A stretch of 64,000 nt of DNA from Chitinophagaceae bacterium (GCA_036676415.1 JAKFCX010000013.1:7361-71360), one strand, 5' to 3'; positions 27,373 to 35,808 are shown, counted from the first letter of the stretch. Notes: generated by a model not told the origin, from the letters alone. Program-made: numbers and translations.

Positions 27373-28770
27373 ATGACTCAAAATTTCCCTGGAAACCATA
27401 TCAGTAACCTGCATGCCTTCCAGCAAGCTGTAGATATGAATCTACTGATGTCGGTTACCGACAGTAAGGGAATATTTAAGAGTGCAAATAAGAATTTCTG
27501 CGAGGCTTCCAAATACACTGAGTCTGAACTGATCGGCAAGAATTTCACTATCCTGCTTAGCGGTAATACAGACCAGTTTCTTGAACAGATGTGGAATGCT
27601 GTGTTGACAAAAGGAGGATGGAGAGGAGAAGTCAAACACAAAGCAAAGGATGGCACTTTCTTTTGGGTAGATAAGGTAGTAGTTCCAATTACAAATGCCG
27701 ATGAAGAGATCAGTGAATTATTATCCATTTCCACTTTAATAACTGACATAAAAGAAGCTGAAATAGCCCTGCTCAAGAATAAAGAAAGAAGTGATGCTTT
27801 ATTCAATGCCATACCGGAGATGATCTCGCTTTCCGATCCTGAAGGGAAAAGGTCATATGTGAATCGTATATTCTGTGATTTTTTCGGCAAGACTGCCGAT
27901 GAATTGAAAGAACGTAATTACAATTTTGCCGATGAAAGCAGTATCCAGGAATACATCGAGCAGCTTAAATCGCTTTCTCCCACCAATCCCAGTGTTACGA
28001 ACCTTCATCATCTTGAAAATTCTCATGGCGAAAATCGCTGGATACTCTGGAGCGAAACTGGAATATTTGATGAAAAAGGTGATCTGACTGAAATACTCTC
28101 TCTTGGTAAGGACGTTACCAGGATGAAAGAAGCCCAGGAAGAAATTGCCAGCCAGAAAAGATTCACTGAAGGTATTTTAAATAATATTCCCGCCGATATT
28201 GCTGTGTTTGACGATCAGCATCGATATGTATTCGTGAACCAGAAAGGCCTTGCAAATGAAGGAATGCGAAACTGGCTCATCGGTAAAACAGATTTTGATT
28301 ATTGCGAGTTAAAGAATCTGGATAAGACACAGGCGTTTAAACGTCGAGAGTATTTTAATAAAGCTGTTACAACAGGTGAACAGATTGAATGGGTGGATGA
28401 ACACACGACGAAAGAGGGAGATAAAAAATATATTCTTCGTAAATTTTACCCTTACAAGGAAGAAGATAAGATCAGGTATGTGATCGGTTATGGAATTGAT
28501 GTTACCTCCATTAAAAAAGCAGATGCTCAAAAAGATGAGTACATCAAACAGCTGGAGGAAATAGCGTTTACGACTTCTCATAAAGTACGTCATCCCCTAG
28601 TAAATATCCAGGGATTATTACCGATGCTGGAAGACGAAAACATTTCGGATGACGACAGGAAAAAAGTGATGCAGTACATGAAAGACTGTACAATATTATT
28701 GGATGAATTTACCAGGGAGCTTTCAAAAAACCTGTTGTATTACAAACAACAACTTTCGCCTCAGGAGTAA
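27373..28770 (+). CDS. PAS-domain protein ending in a HisKA-like His-box, no ATPase domain
   Basis: 465 aa from the ATG at 27373 (MTQNFPGN...). About three PAS units, then IAFTTSHKVRHPLVNIQGL. The protein ends 62 aa after the His, and 142 nt of non-coding DNA follow. Confidence 0.8.
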   Translation: MTQNFPGNHISNLHAFQQAVDMNLLMSVTDSKGIFKSANKNFCEASKYTESELIGKNFTILLSGNTDQFLEQMWNAVLTKGGWRGEVKHKAKDGTFFWVDKVVVPITNADEEISELLSISTLITDIKEAEIALLKNKERSDALFNAIPEMISLSDPEGKRSYVNRIFCDFFGKTADELKERNYNFADESSIQEYIEQLKSLSPTNPSVTNLHHLENSHGENRWILWSETGIFDEKGDLTEILSLGKDVTRMKEAQEEIASQKRFTEGILNNIPADIAVFDDQHRYVFVNQKGLANEGMRNWLIGKTDFDYCELKNLDKTQAFKRREYFNKAVTTGEQIEWVDEHTTKEGDKKYILRKFYPYKEEDKIRYVIGYGIDVTSIKKADAQKDEYIKQLEEIAFTTSHKVRHPLVNIQGLLPMLEDENISDDDRKKVMQYMKDCTILLDEFTRELSKNLLYYKQQLSPQE

Positions 28771-28806
28771 TTTCTTTTTTGTGAACTTATTACTTATACT
28801 CAACTT

Positions 28807-28873
28807 CGTTGTGTCAAATCGACGCAGGAGATTCACCGAGACAAAATCAATAATAGAAATCCTAGAGGTACTC
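28807..28873 (+). repeat. Family C element, copy 1 (core CGTTGTGTCAAATCGACGCAGGAGATTCACCGA)
   Basis: The 33-nt core matches 61549-61581 at 32/33 positions. The next 34 nt match at 20/34 without gaps and end in GAGG(T/C)ACTC at the same offset. Starts 37 nt after the stop at 28770. Confidence 0.75.
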
Positions 28874-28912
28874 TCTTCTACACAATAACATTATTCAGCT
28901 ATCTTAGTCGTT

Positions 28913-29533
28913 ATGAAATACGTTACTTCTTCTGTTGCAGTAGCACCCATACGAAAAGAGCCCAGCCATCAAAGTGAAATGACCAGCCAGTTATTGCTGA
29001 ATGAAGTAGCTGAAGTATTGGAAACAGAAAAGCAATTCACCAGGATAAAATGCTTGTATGATGATTATGAAGGTTGGTGTGCAAATAATCAATTGAGACA
29101 AACCGATGAAGCAAATGAAGTAAATACTGAACTTCAGTCGTTCGGGGAAGAGAATATACAACAGGTAGCAAAAAAATATCTAGATGTTCCTTATCTATGG
29201 GGTGGAAAAAGTTCTTTTGGAATTGATTGCAGTGGATTTTGTCAGCAGGTTTTCAAAAATTTTGGAATCAGGCTTCCAAGAGATGCATATCAACAAGCTG
29301 AGAAGGGAGAAGTAGTTGGATTTTTACAAGAGGTTAAATGTGGTGATCTTGCTTTTTTTGATAATGAAGAGGGAAGGATCACACATGTTGGTCTTATGCT
29401 CAACACCCACGAGATCATTCATGCATCAGGAAAAGTTAGGATCGATAAGATAGATCACCAGGGCATCATCAATTCAGAAACAGGTTTGAGAACACACCAG
29501 CTTCGGATCATAAAGCGATATAAAAAACCCTGA
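28913..29533 (+). CDS. C40 (NlpC/P60) family peptidase with an N-terminal SH3-like domain
   Basis: 206 aa. Contains YLWGGKSSFGIDCSGF (catalytic Cys) and a downstream ITHVGL His. Confidence 0.85.
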   Translation: MKYVTSSVAVAPIRKEPSHQSEMTSQLLLNEVAEVLETEKQFTRIKCLYDDYEGWCANNQLRQTDEANEVNTELQSFGEENIQQVAKKYLDVPYLWGGKSSFGIDCSGFCQQVFKNFGIRLPRDAYQQAEKGEVVGFLQEVKCGDLAFFDNEEGRITHVGLMLNTHEIIHASGKVRIDKIDHQGIINSETGLRTHQLRIIKRYKKP

Positions 29534-29587
29534 ACGTTTCCATTCAAGGTTCCAATATAATATCGTACAGAGTTTTCTTAACTCAGC

Positions 29588-29749
29588 TTACATAATATCC
29601 ATTGCCAGCGCAAAATAAGTTACAACTCCAGGCAATGCCAGCCAGAAAAAAGGCCTTGCACTTGGCAAAATGAGCATAACGATCATAATGGCCAGCCATA
29701 TAAAACACCACATCCAGTATTTAGCAGTTGATTTCTTATTTACTTCCAT
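29588..29749 (-). CDS. small two-TM membrane protein (hypothetical; shorter than the ORF-track cutoff)
   Basis: My own translation gives 53 aa: MEVNKKSTAKYWMWCFIWLAIMIVMLILPSARPFFWLALPGVVTYFALAMDIM*. It has an ATG start, with a -7 box 16 nt upstream. Confidence 0.45.
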   Translation of the reverse strand: MEVNKKSTAKYWMWCFIWLAIMIVMLILPSARPFFWLALPGVVTYFALAMDIM

Positions 29750-29765
29750 TTGTAAGAATTTGCGG

Positions 29766-29773
29766 CAAAGATA
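29766..29773 (-). promoter_or_regulatory. -7 box TATCTTTG upstream of the 53-aa ORF
   Basis: Reverse complement of CAAAGATA, with 16 nt of spacing to the ATG at 29749. Confidence 0.4.
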
Positions 29774-29782
29774 AGGTTGGGA

Positions 29783-30217
29783 TTATTTAGTCTTCACTTT
29801 TTCAGCAGTGATTTTTTCACTGGATAAAGTATTGGGTTTCGGTTTATCTATAAACAGCATCTTTATGGCTATCAACAGCATAAAGATGGCAAAGATCTTT
29901 TTTACCATAACATCTGGCAGCGACAAAGCCAGTTTGCTGCCAAAATAACTACCTGCCAGGAAGCCGATAATGATCAACGCCACCACTTTTATATCAAGAT
30001 GTACCTGGGGATCTTTGTAATAATTAATGACTGCCAGGATTCCAATAGGCAATAATAGAATGGCCAATGAAGTTCCCTGGGCTTGTTTTTGAGAAAACGC
30101 CAGGAAATAAACCAATGCAGGAACAATTACGATACCTCCACCAATACCAACCAATCCACTGAGCATTCCGGCTCCAACTCCGATGAGGATTAAAATAATG
30201 ATAGTGAAGAGTGACAT
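29783..30217 (-). CDS. half-size TauE/SafE-like membrane protein
   Basis: 144 aa, four predicted TM helices, and a GAGMLSGLVGIGGGIVIVP motif typical of TauE/SafE. Starts 6 nt after the ppa stop. Confidence 0.7.
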   Translation of the reverse strand: MSLFTIIILILIGVGAGMLSGLVGIGGGIVIVPALVYFLAFSQKQAQGTSLAILLLPIGILAVINYYKDPQVHLDIKVVALIIIGFLAGSYFGSKLALSLPDVMVKKIFAIFMLLIAIKMLFIDKPKPNTLSSEKITAEKVKTK

Positions 30218-30223
30218 AGTAAT

Positions 30224-30769
30224 TTATTTTAGAAAGGTTTCTTTATAAAATTCTATCGCCTCAGCTATAATTTTCAATGCAGTTGTTTTATCTCCAAACT
30301 CTTCTACAATAACGGTTTTATTCTCCAACTTCTTATACTCTTCAAAGAAATGCCTCAGTTCATCAAAGAAATGTTTCTGTAACTCTTCTATGTTATTATA
30401 ATGATTAACACTTGGATCATTTGCTGCTACTGCAATTATTTTGTCATCGGCATCACCACTGTCAACCATTTGCATCACACCAATGATCTTGGCCTGCATA
30501 ATTGTCAAAGGCTGAACGGCAAGAGAGGTGATCACTAATATATCCAAAGGATCTTTATCACCACCATAGGTTTGAGGTATGAAGCCATAATTCACAGGGT
30601 AGTAAAAAGAAGAATAGATAACCCTGTCGAGTTTCAATAAGCCACTGGGTTTATCAATCTCATATTTAGCCCTGGAGCCTTGAGGAATTTCGATAACTGC
30701 ATTTACGATTCTGGGAGCCTGTTCACCAGGATCAACTCCATGCCAGGGATGTAAAACATTCGTCATCAT
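30224..30769 (-). CDS. ppa: inorganic pyrophosphatase (family I)
   Basis: 181 aa from the ATG at 30769 ([12 protein letters not shown]...). Contains [25 protein letters not shown] and DGDPLDILV. Confidence 0.9.
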   Translation of the reverse strand: MMTNVLHPWHGVDPGEQAPRIVNAVIEIPQGSRAKYEIDKPSGLLKLDRVIYSSFYYPVNYGFIPQTYGGDKDPLDILVITSLAVQPLTIMQAKIIGVMQMVDSGDADDKIIAVAANDPSVNHYNNIEELQKHFFDELRHFFEEYKKLENKTVIVEEFGDKTTALKIIAEAIEFYKETFLK

Positions 30770-31131
30770 AATTTTGCCAGTTGAATTCCTGCAAATGTAG
30801 CTGCTAATCCAAGAATAATGCTTAATCCAATATAACCCAGCATTGCCGTATAACGTTGTTGTTCCATCAACTGAATACACTCAACTGAAAAAGCAGAAAA
30901 AGTTGTAAAGCCTCCGCAAACACCTGTGGCCAGGAATAGTTTCCAATGATGATCGATCAGGCCGTTTTTTGAACTGAAGCCGATAATAATGCCGATGAAT
31001 AAACACCCAAGAATGTTTACAACAAGTGTTGCATAAGGAAATGATCCCGGCTTTATCAGTATAACAAACAGGTAACGAAGCATGGAGCCGATCATTCCTC
31101 CAAGACCCACTAAAAGAAAATTTCTGAGCAT
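30766..31131 (-). CDS. crcB: fluoride ion channel CrcB/Fluc
   Basis: 121 aa from the ATG at 31131 ([20 protein letters not shown]...). Contains [12 protein letters not shown]-type motif ([13 protein letters not shown]). Confidence 0.9.
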   Translation of the reverse strand: MLRNFLLVGLGGMIGSMLRYLFVILIKPGSFPYATLVVNILGCLFIGIIIGFSSKNGLIDHHWKLFLATGVCGGFTTFSAFSVECIQLMEQQRYTAMLGYIGLSIILGLAATFAGIQLAKL

Positions 31132-31529
31132 TATAGATTCGGGTTCACTGTGTACTTCAGATCCACTAACCATTCTCCATCTTTATTGATCACTTTTATT
31201 TTTCTGCCAGTCCTGTCGTATGAACTTTTATATTGAATCACTACCTCGTTCTCACTCACATTATCTACATCTCCAATAATAATAGATGATTCTTTATAGC
31301 CCTGCTGATCTTCCGGGTTTCTGTTCTTAAGCTGGCGATGCATCTTTTTAAGCAGTTCCATATTCTCATCATCAATCAACATATATGCTTCTGCTTTTTT
31401 GCTATCACCCTTTAAAAAAGCATCAATAAATTCTCTTCCTGCATCCAGTGCATTTTCTGCTTTAGGATATTTCGAATCGTTACACGCAAAAAAAGCTGTG
31501 CATACCAGCAGGAAAATTAGTCGTCTCAT
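31131..31529 (-). CDS. hypothetical lipoprotein
   Basis: 132 aa from the ATG at 31529. Lipoprotein signal MRRLIFLLVCTAFFAC. Its stop overlaps the crcB ATG (TAATG). Confidence 0.7.
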   Translation of the reverse strand: MRRLIFLLVCTAFFACNDSKYPKAENALDAGREFIDAFLKGDSKKAEAYMLIDDENMELLKKMHRQLKNRNPEDQQGYKESSIIIGDVDNVSENEVVIQYKSSYDRTGRKIKVINKDGEWLVDLKYTVNPNL

Positions 31530-31557
31530 ACTGCTAAGGTAAACTTCACTTGTATAT

Positions 31558-31595
31558 AAAAAAAGAGGTCCGCATTTTTGCGAACCTCTTTTTTT
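31558..31595 (-). terminator. intrinsic terminator after phoH
   Basis: On the minus strand, AGAGGTTCGC-AAAAAT-GCGGACCTCT (one G-U pair) is followed by a T-run. On the plus strand the same position is a C-A mismatch. Confidence 0.75.
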
Positions 31596-31602
31596 ATAAT
31601 CA

Positions 31603-32586
31603 TTATGGCCGTTTCTCTGTTTCGTCTTGCTCTCTCTTCTTTTCTTTATCATAAGCACGAATGATGGCTTTCACCAATCTATGCCTCACCACGTCTTCTT
31701 CATCCAGTTCAATATGAGCAATTCCTTCAATATTCCTTAGAATTTTAGTAGCAGTCCATAAACCACTTCTTTGATTCTTCGGAAGGTCAACCTGTGTAGG
31801 GTCACCTGTAATAATGGCTTTTGCATTAGCACCAATACGGGTCAGGAACATTTTTATCTGCAGGTCATTGGCATTTTGGGCTTCATCCAAAATGATAAAA
31901 GCATTATCCAGTGTTCTACCTCTCATATAAGCCAAAGGAGCGATCTCAATTGTCCTGGTGCTCATATAATATCCAAGCTTGTCAGCAGGTATCATATCAT
32001 CCAAAGCGTCATATAAAGGTCTCAGGTATGGATCGATCTTTTCTTTAAGATCACCCGGTAAGAAACCAAGGCTTTCACCAGCTTCTACAGCAGGACGAGT
32101 AAGAATAATTTTTTTCACCACCTTATTCTTCAGCGCTCTAACTGCAAGTGCAACTGCGGTATAGGTTTTACCGGTACCTGCAGGTCCGATTGCAAAAACA
32201 ATATCATTCTTGTCAATCGCAGTAACCATTTTTTTCTGGTTAGCTGTCCTGGCCCTGACTGTTTTACCATTCGGCCCAAAGACAAGAATGTCATTCGGAT
32301 TTTTATCAACAAAAGCATCAACCGTTTCCGCATCATCACCACCGAGGATCTGCTCAAAATAGTTTTCACTAAGATGGCCATTCCTTTCCAGGTACTGGAT
32401 AATGAGATCGATCTTTTCTTTTGCTGAATCTATTTGCTCCGGAGCCCCGCTAAGTTTAATTTGTGTACCTCTTGATAAGATTTTAAGAAGGGGGAACTTC
32501 TTTTTTAACAAATCTAACTTCCCGTTGTTAACGCCAAAGAATTCAATTGGATTAACGGTTTCTAAGTTAATGATTGCGTCTGTCAA
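31603..32586 (-). CDS. phoH: PhoH-family ATPase
   Basis: 327 aa. Walker A GPAGTGKTY, then ILDEAQN. Apparent TTG start; there is no in-frame ATG before the upstream stop. Confidence 0.9.
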   Translation of the reverse strand: MTDAIINLETVNPIEFFGVNNGKLDLLKKKFPLLKILSRGTQIKLSGAPEQIDSAKEKIDLIIQYLERNGHLSENYFEQILGGDDAETVDAFVDKNPNDILVFGPNGKTVRARTANQKKMVTAIDKNDIVFAIGPAGTGKTYTAVALAVRALKNKVVKKIILTRPAVEAGESLGFLPGDLKEKIDPYLRPLYDALDDMIPADKLGYYMSTRTIEIAPLAYMRGRTLDNAFIILDEAQNANDLQIKMFLTRIGANAKAIITGDPTQVDLPKNQRSGLWTATKILRNIEGIAHIELDEEDVVRHRLVKAIIRAYDKEKKREQDETEKRP

Positions 32587-32757
32587 TTCAGTCCGATTTA
32601 AATGAACAATCTTGTTTCGAGCCTGTTGTACTTATCTAACCAACATCTATTCCAAATTTAATCAATGCCTTGCCATAATTCCAAGTGCTTGTTTCCCACA
32701 GCTTGTGGGTAAGTAAATCTGCTATTTGGTGAGCTGTTGGCACAATTCTCATCGTTT

Positions 32758-32790
32758 CTTGCTCCGATAGCTATCGGAGCACTCTTGTAC
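32758..32790 (-). repeat. Family A element interrupted by a 20-bp perfect palindrome
   Basis: CTTGC-TCCGATAGCTATCGGA-GCACTCTTGTAC. GCTCCGATAGCTATCGGAGC (32761-32780) is its own reverse complement. Confidence 0.7.
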
Positions 32791-32936
32791 AACAAAGCAT
32801 TATTGAGCAGTATGAGTGCTCAGCTTTTAGACGGGGTTCATTAGTAAAACATCATAATCACTTGTTAATTGAAGTGCTGATTGTTACATGATTTCACGAT
32901 TATTCGTTCATCATTCACCATTGACCATTCACCAGT

Positions 32937-32944
32937 TATCTTTG
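32937..32944 (+). promoter_or_regulatory. -7 box TATCTTTG, 4 nt upstream of the ABC-F ATG
   Basis: TAnnTTTG match. The ATG is at 32949. Confidence 0.45.
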
Positions 32945-32948
32945 TCGC

Positions 32949-34820
32949 ATGCATTACGTTTCAGCAGAAGGATTAACTAAGAGCTTTGGCATTACACCAT
33001 TATTCAGAAACATTTCATTCAATATAAACGAAGGAGATAAAATTGCACTTATCGCCAGGAATGGAGTTGGCAAATCAACACTTTTAAGAATATTGGCAGG
33101 AAGAGACACGGTTGATGAAGGTAAACTCTGGATACATAAAGATGTAACAGTAGCATTATTTGAACAGGATCCCCAGTTTGAAGAAGAGAAAACCGTACTA
33201 GAGAATATTTTTCATGTGGAGCATCCTGTGATTAAAGCTATTGCAGATTATGAAGCTGCAGCCGAATCCGAAGATGGCAATGCTTTAGCCGAAGCCATGT
33301 CGAAGATGGAAGACCTGAATGCCTGGGAATTTGAAGCTAAGGTGAAAGAGATCCTTGGTAAACTAAACGTTCATCACCTGCAGAACAAGATGAGTGGACT
33401 GAGTGGTGGACAACGAAAACGGGTAGCACTTGCAAAAACACTTATTGATATTGGGTTTGATCATAAGCACACACTGCTGATGATGGATGAACCTACCAAC
33501 CATCTTGATGTTGAAATGATCGAATGGCTGGAGCATTTTCTTAACCAGGAGAATGTTACACTTTTACTTGTTACCCACGATCGTTATTTCCTCGATGCGG
33601 TTTCTGAGGAAATATGGGAATTGGAACGTAGCAACATGTTCGTGTATAAAGGTGATTACGAGAATTACATGGAAAAGAAAGCTGCAAGGTTGGAGAGCGA
33701 ACTTTCCAGTATTGATAAAGCTAAGAATGAATACCGAAAGGAATTAGAATGGATGCGAAAGCAACCAAAAGCCAGGACAACAAAAAGTAAATCACGGCAG
33801 GATAATTTTTATGAAGTAGAAGCAAGGGCCAAGCAAAAGATCGAAGACAACCAGATGCAGCTACAGATGAAAATGAACAGGCTTGGTGGTAAGATCGTGG
33901 AGATGAAAAAGGTTTCGAAACGATATGATGAGAAGGAGATATTAAAAGGCTTTGACTATACTTTCAGTAAAGGTGAAAGAATTGGGATCATTGGGAAAAA
34001 CGGTGTGGGAAAATCAACTTTCCTGAATATACTGCAAGGTCTTGAAAAAGCAGATAGCGGTAAAGTAAATATTGGTGATACCGTGATCTTCGGTAATTTT
34101 TCACAACAAGGATTAGTGATCAAAGATGATCTGAGGGTAATAGAATATGTGAAAAGCTTTGCGGAGAATTTTCCTTTAGCAAAAGGCGGAAGTTTGAGTG
34201 CTTCGCAATTTCTTGAATTGTTCCTGTTTCCTCCTGAAAAACAATTTACGTACCTGAGTTCATTAAGTGGTGGAGAGAAGAAAAGGCTCCAGCTCCTCAC
34301 AATACTTTTTACAAATCCCAACTTCCTTATTCTGGATGAGCCTACGAACGATCTGGATCTTCCTACACTGGCAGTATTAGAAAAGTTTCTAAGCGAATAC
34401 CAGGGATGTGTACTGATCGTTTCTCACGACAGGTATTTTATGGATAGATTGGTTGATCATCTCTTTGTTTTTAAGGGTGATGCAGCGGTGCAGGATTTCC
34501 CTGGAAACTATACCCAGTTCAGGTTATGGGAGAAAGATGAAGAAAAGAAAGCGGTTGTTGCGAAACAGGTTGTAGTGAATACTGAAAAGAATAAGACAGC
34601 TGAGAAAAAGAAAGTAGGCTTTAAAGAAAAAAGAGAATTTGAACAGCTGGAGAAGGAGATAGCAACTTTGGAAGCAGAAAAAGAACAAATCACTAATCAA
34701 TTGAGTGACCCCGAATTGGGTTACGACAGAGTTGAAATGATAAGCAAAAGGCTTACTGCCATTACAAATGAGCTGGAACAAAAAGAGATGAGGTGGTTAG
34801 AACTTTCGGAGATAATGTGA
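32949..34820 (+). CDS. ABC-F family ATPase (two ABC domains, charged C-terminal coiled coil)
   Basis: 623 aa. Walker A appears twice (ARNGVGKST, GKNGVGKST) and the signature twice (LSGGQRKR, LSGGEKKR). No TM domains. Confidence 0.9.
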   Translation: MHYVSAEGLTKSFGITPLFRNISFNINEGDKIALIARNGVGKSTLLRILAGRDTVDEGKLWIHKDVTVALFEQDPQFEEEKTVLENIFHVEHPVIKAIADYEAAAESEDGNALAEAMSKMEDLNAWEFEAKVKEILGKLNVHHLQNKMSGLSGGQRKRVALAKTLIDIGFDHKHTLLMMDEPTNHLDVEMIEWLEHFLNQENVTLLLVTHDRYFLDAVSEEIWELERSNMFVYKGDYENYMEKKAARLESELSSIDKAKNEYRKELEWMRKQPKARTTKSKSRQDNFYEVEARAKQKIEDNQMQLQMKMNRLGGKIVEMKKVSKRYDEKEILKGFDYTFSKGERIGIIGKNGVGKSTFLNILQGLEKADSGKVNIGDTVIFGNFSQQGLVIKDDLRVIEYVKSFAENFPLAKGGSLSASQFLELFLFPPEKQFTYLSSLSGGEKKRLQLLTILFTNPNFLILDEPTNDLDLPTLAVLEKFLSEYQGCVLIVSHDRYFMDRLVDHLFVFKGDAAVQDFPGNYTQFRLWEKDEEKKAVVAKQVVVNTEKNKTAEKKKVGFKEKREFEQLEKEIATLEAEKEQITNQLSDPELGYDRVEMISKRLTAITNELEQKEMRWLELSEIM

Positions 34821-34823
34821 CAA

Positions 34824-35807
34824 CTATAAATGATCAGCTAATCTGTGAAGATCATCTTCAGTATGTAAAGCATTTAACACAACTCGCTTGATCTTTTCTC
34901 CTGCGGGATTTGGATAAGCAAAAGATGAAATAATGATACCTGCTTCTTCCAGTTTTTTCTCATCTGTACCAGTAGGTAAAATAAAGATCGGCAACTCAGG
35001 ATGAGAATTTAGTTTGTTCGCTGTGATTGATCTGAACAATGCAATATTCTTTTGTAACCTTTCCCTTTGTTGTTGATAGAGATGTTGTCCATTTATGAAT
35101 GCATAAGCAAAAGCAGGGGATATGCTGGTGCTTGCAGTATAAAAAGATGATCTTCTTAATTTATTCGCAATTTCTGACGAACAACCAACTGCACCGCCTA
35201 CTAGGTTGAAGGCCTTTGATAAAGAATAAGGAATGATATAATTAATATTTTCTTTTAAAGGAAGTGAGGTAATGACACCTTTCCCATCATTCAATATTCC
35301 TGCACCATGTGAATCATCAATTATGCATGTCAAATTATTTGACTGATTTCCGAGAAATGAAACATCATTTACTTCTGCTGTAAGCGGATTAACAGAATCA
35401 AACAACAATACACCAACTTCTGTTGCTTTTTGTTTCCAATCAGAAAAACGCCCGGAACTTGCTTCAATGCACAATGCAGGATGTGTTTGAGGAGCACAAG
35501 AATACTTTTCATCTTTGAACAGCTCCATCACTGTTCTGCCTGCCAGAAACCCTGAAGAAAAACAAACCGTTTCCTCCATTCCTATTATTTCCGAAAGCTT
35601 AGCCTCAAATTTCTTGAAAAGATCAAGTTGGGTATTTGAAATTCTTGAGGAAGGGAATAATAAACCGTATTTGGCAATTCCTTCCTTAACCACTTCAATA
35701 AACCCAGGCACATGATTCATTCCTAAATAGGAGTAACCGGAAAAGAAGAGATACTCTTTGCCATCTACAATTGCAGTTCTGCCTGGAGTATTTTCTAAAT
35801 TGAACAT
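34824..35807 (-). CDS. PLP-dependent aminotransferase-fold protein (BioF/Kbl-like, short)
   Basis: 327 aa. Contains FFSGYSYLGM, DDSHGAG and a candidate PLP-Lys in YSLSKAF. Confidence 0.7.
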   Translation of the reverse strand: MFNLENTPGRTAIVDGKEYLFFSGYSYLGMNHVPGFIEVVKEGIAKYGLLFPSSRISNTQLDLFKKFEAKLSEIIGMEETVCFSSGFLAGRTVMELFKDEKYSCAPQTHPALCIEASSGRFSDWKQKATEVGVLLFDSVNPLTAEVNDVSFLGNQSNNLTCIIDDSHGAGILNDGKGVITSLPLKENINYIIPYSLSKAFNLVGGAVGCSSEIANKLRRSSFYTASTSISPAFAYAFINGQHLYQQQRERLQKNIALFRSITANKLNSHPELPIFILPTGTDEKKLEEAGIIISSFAYPNPAGEKIKRVVLNALHTEDDLHRLADHL

Positions 35808-35808
35808 T

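Noticed and set aside
27378-27890. 170-aa antisense ORF, and similar shadow ORFs (18410-18892, 52532-52960, 62465-62872, 63068-63577, 2282-2602 and others)
   Set aside because: Each lies fully inside a well-supported gene on the opposite strand. The translated sequences are low-complexity or Cys/Phe/Ile-rich, with no motifs.
31530-31602. Fluoride riboswitch upstream of the lipoprotein-crcB-ppa string
   Set aside because: The spacer is about 70 nt, most of it occupied by the phoH terminator hairpin. I could not find the conserved crcB-motif segments by eye. It still merits an Rfam scan.
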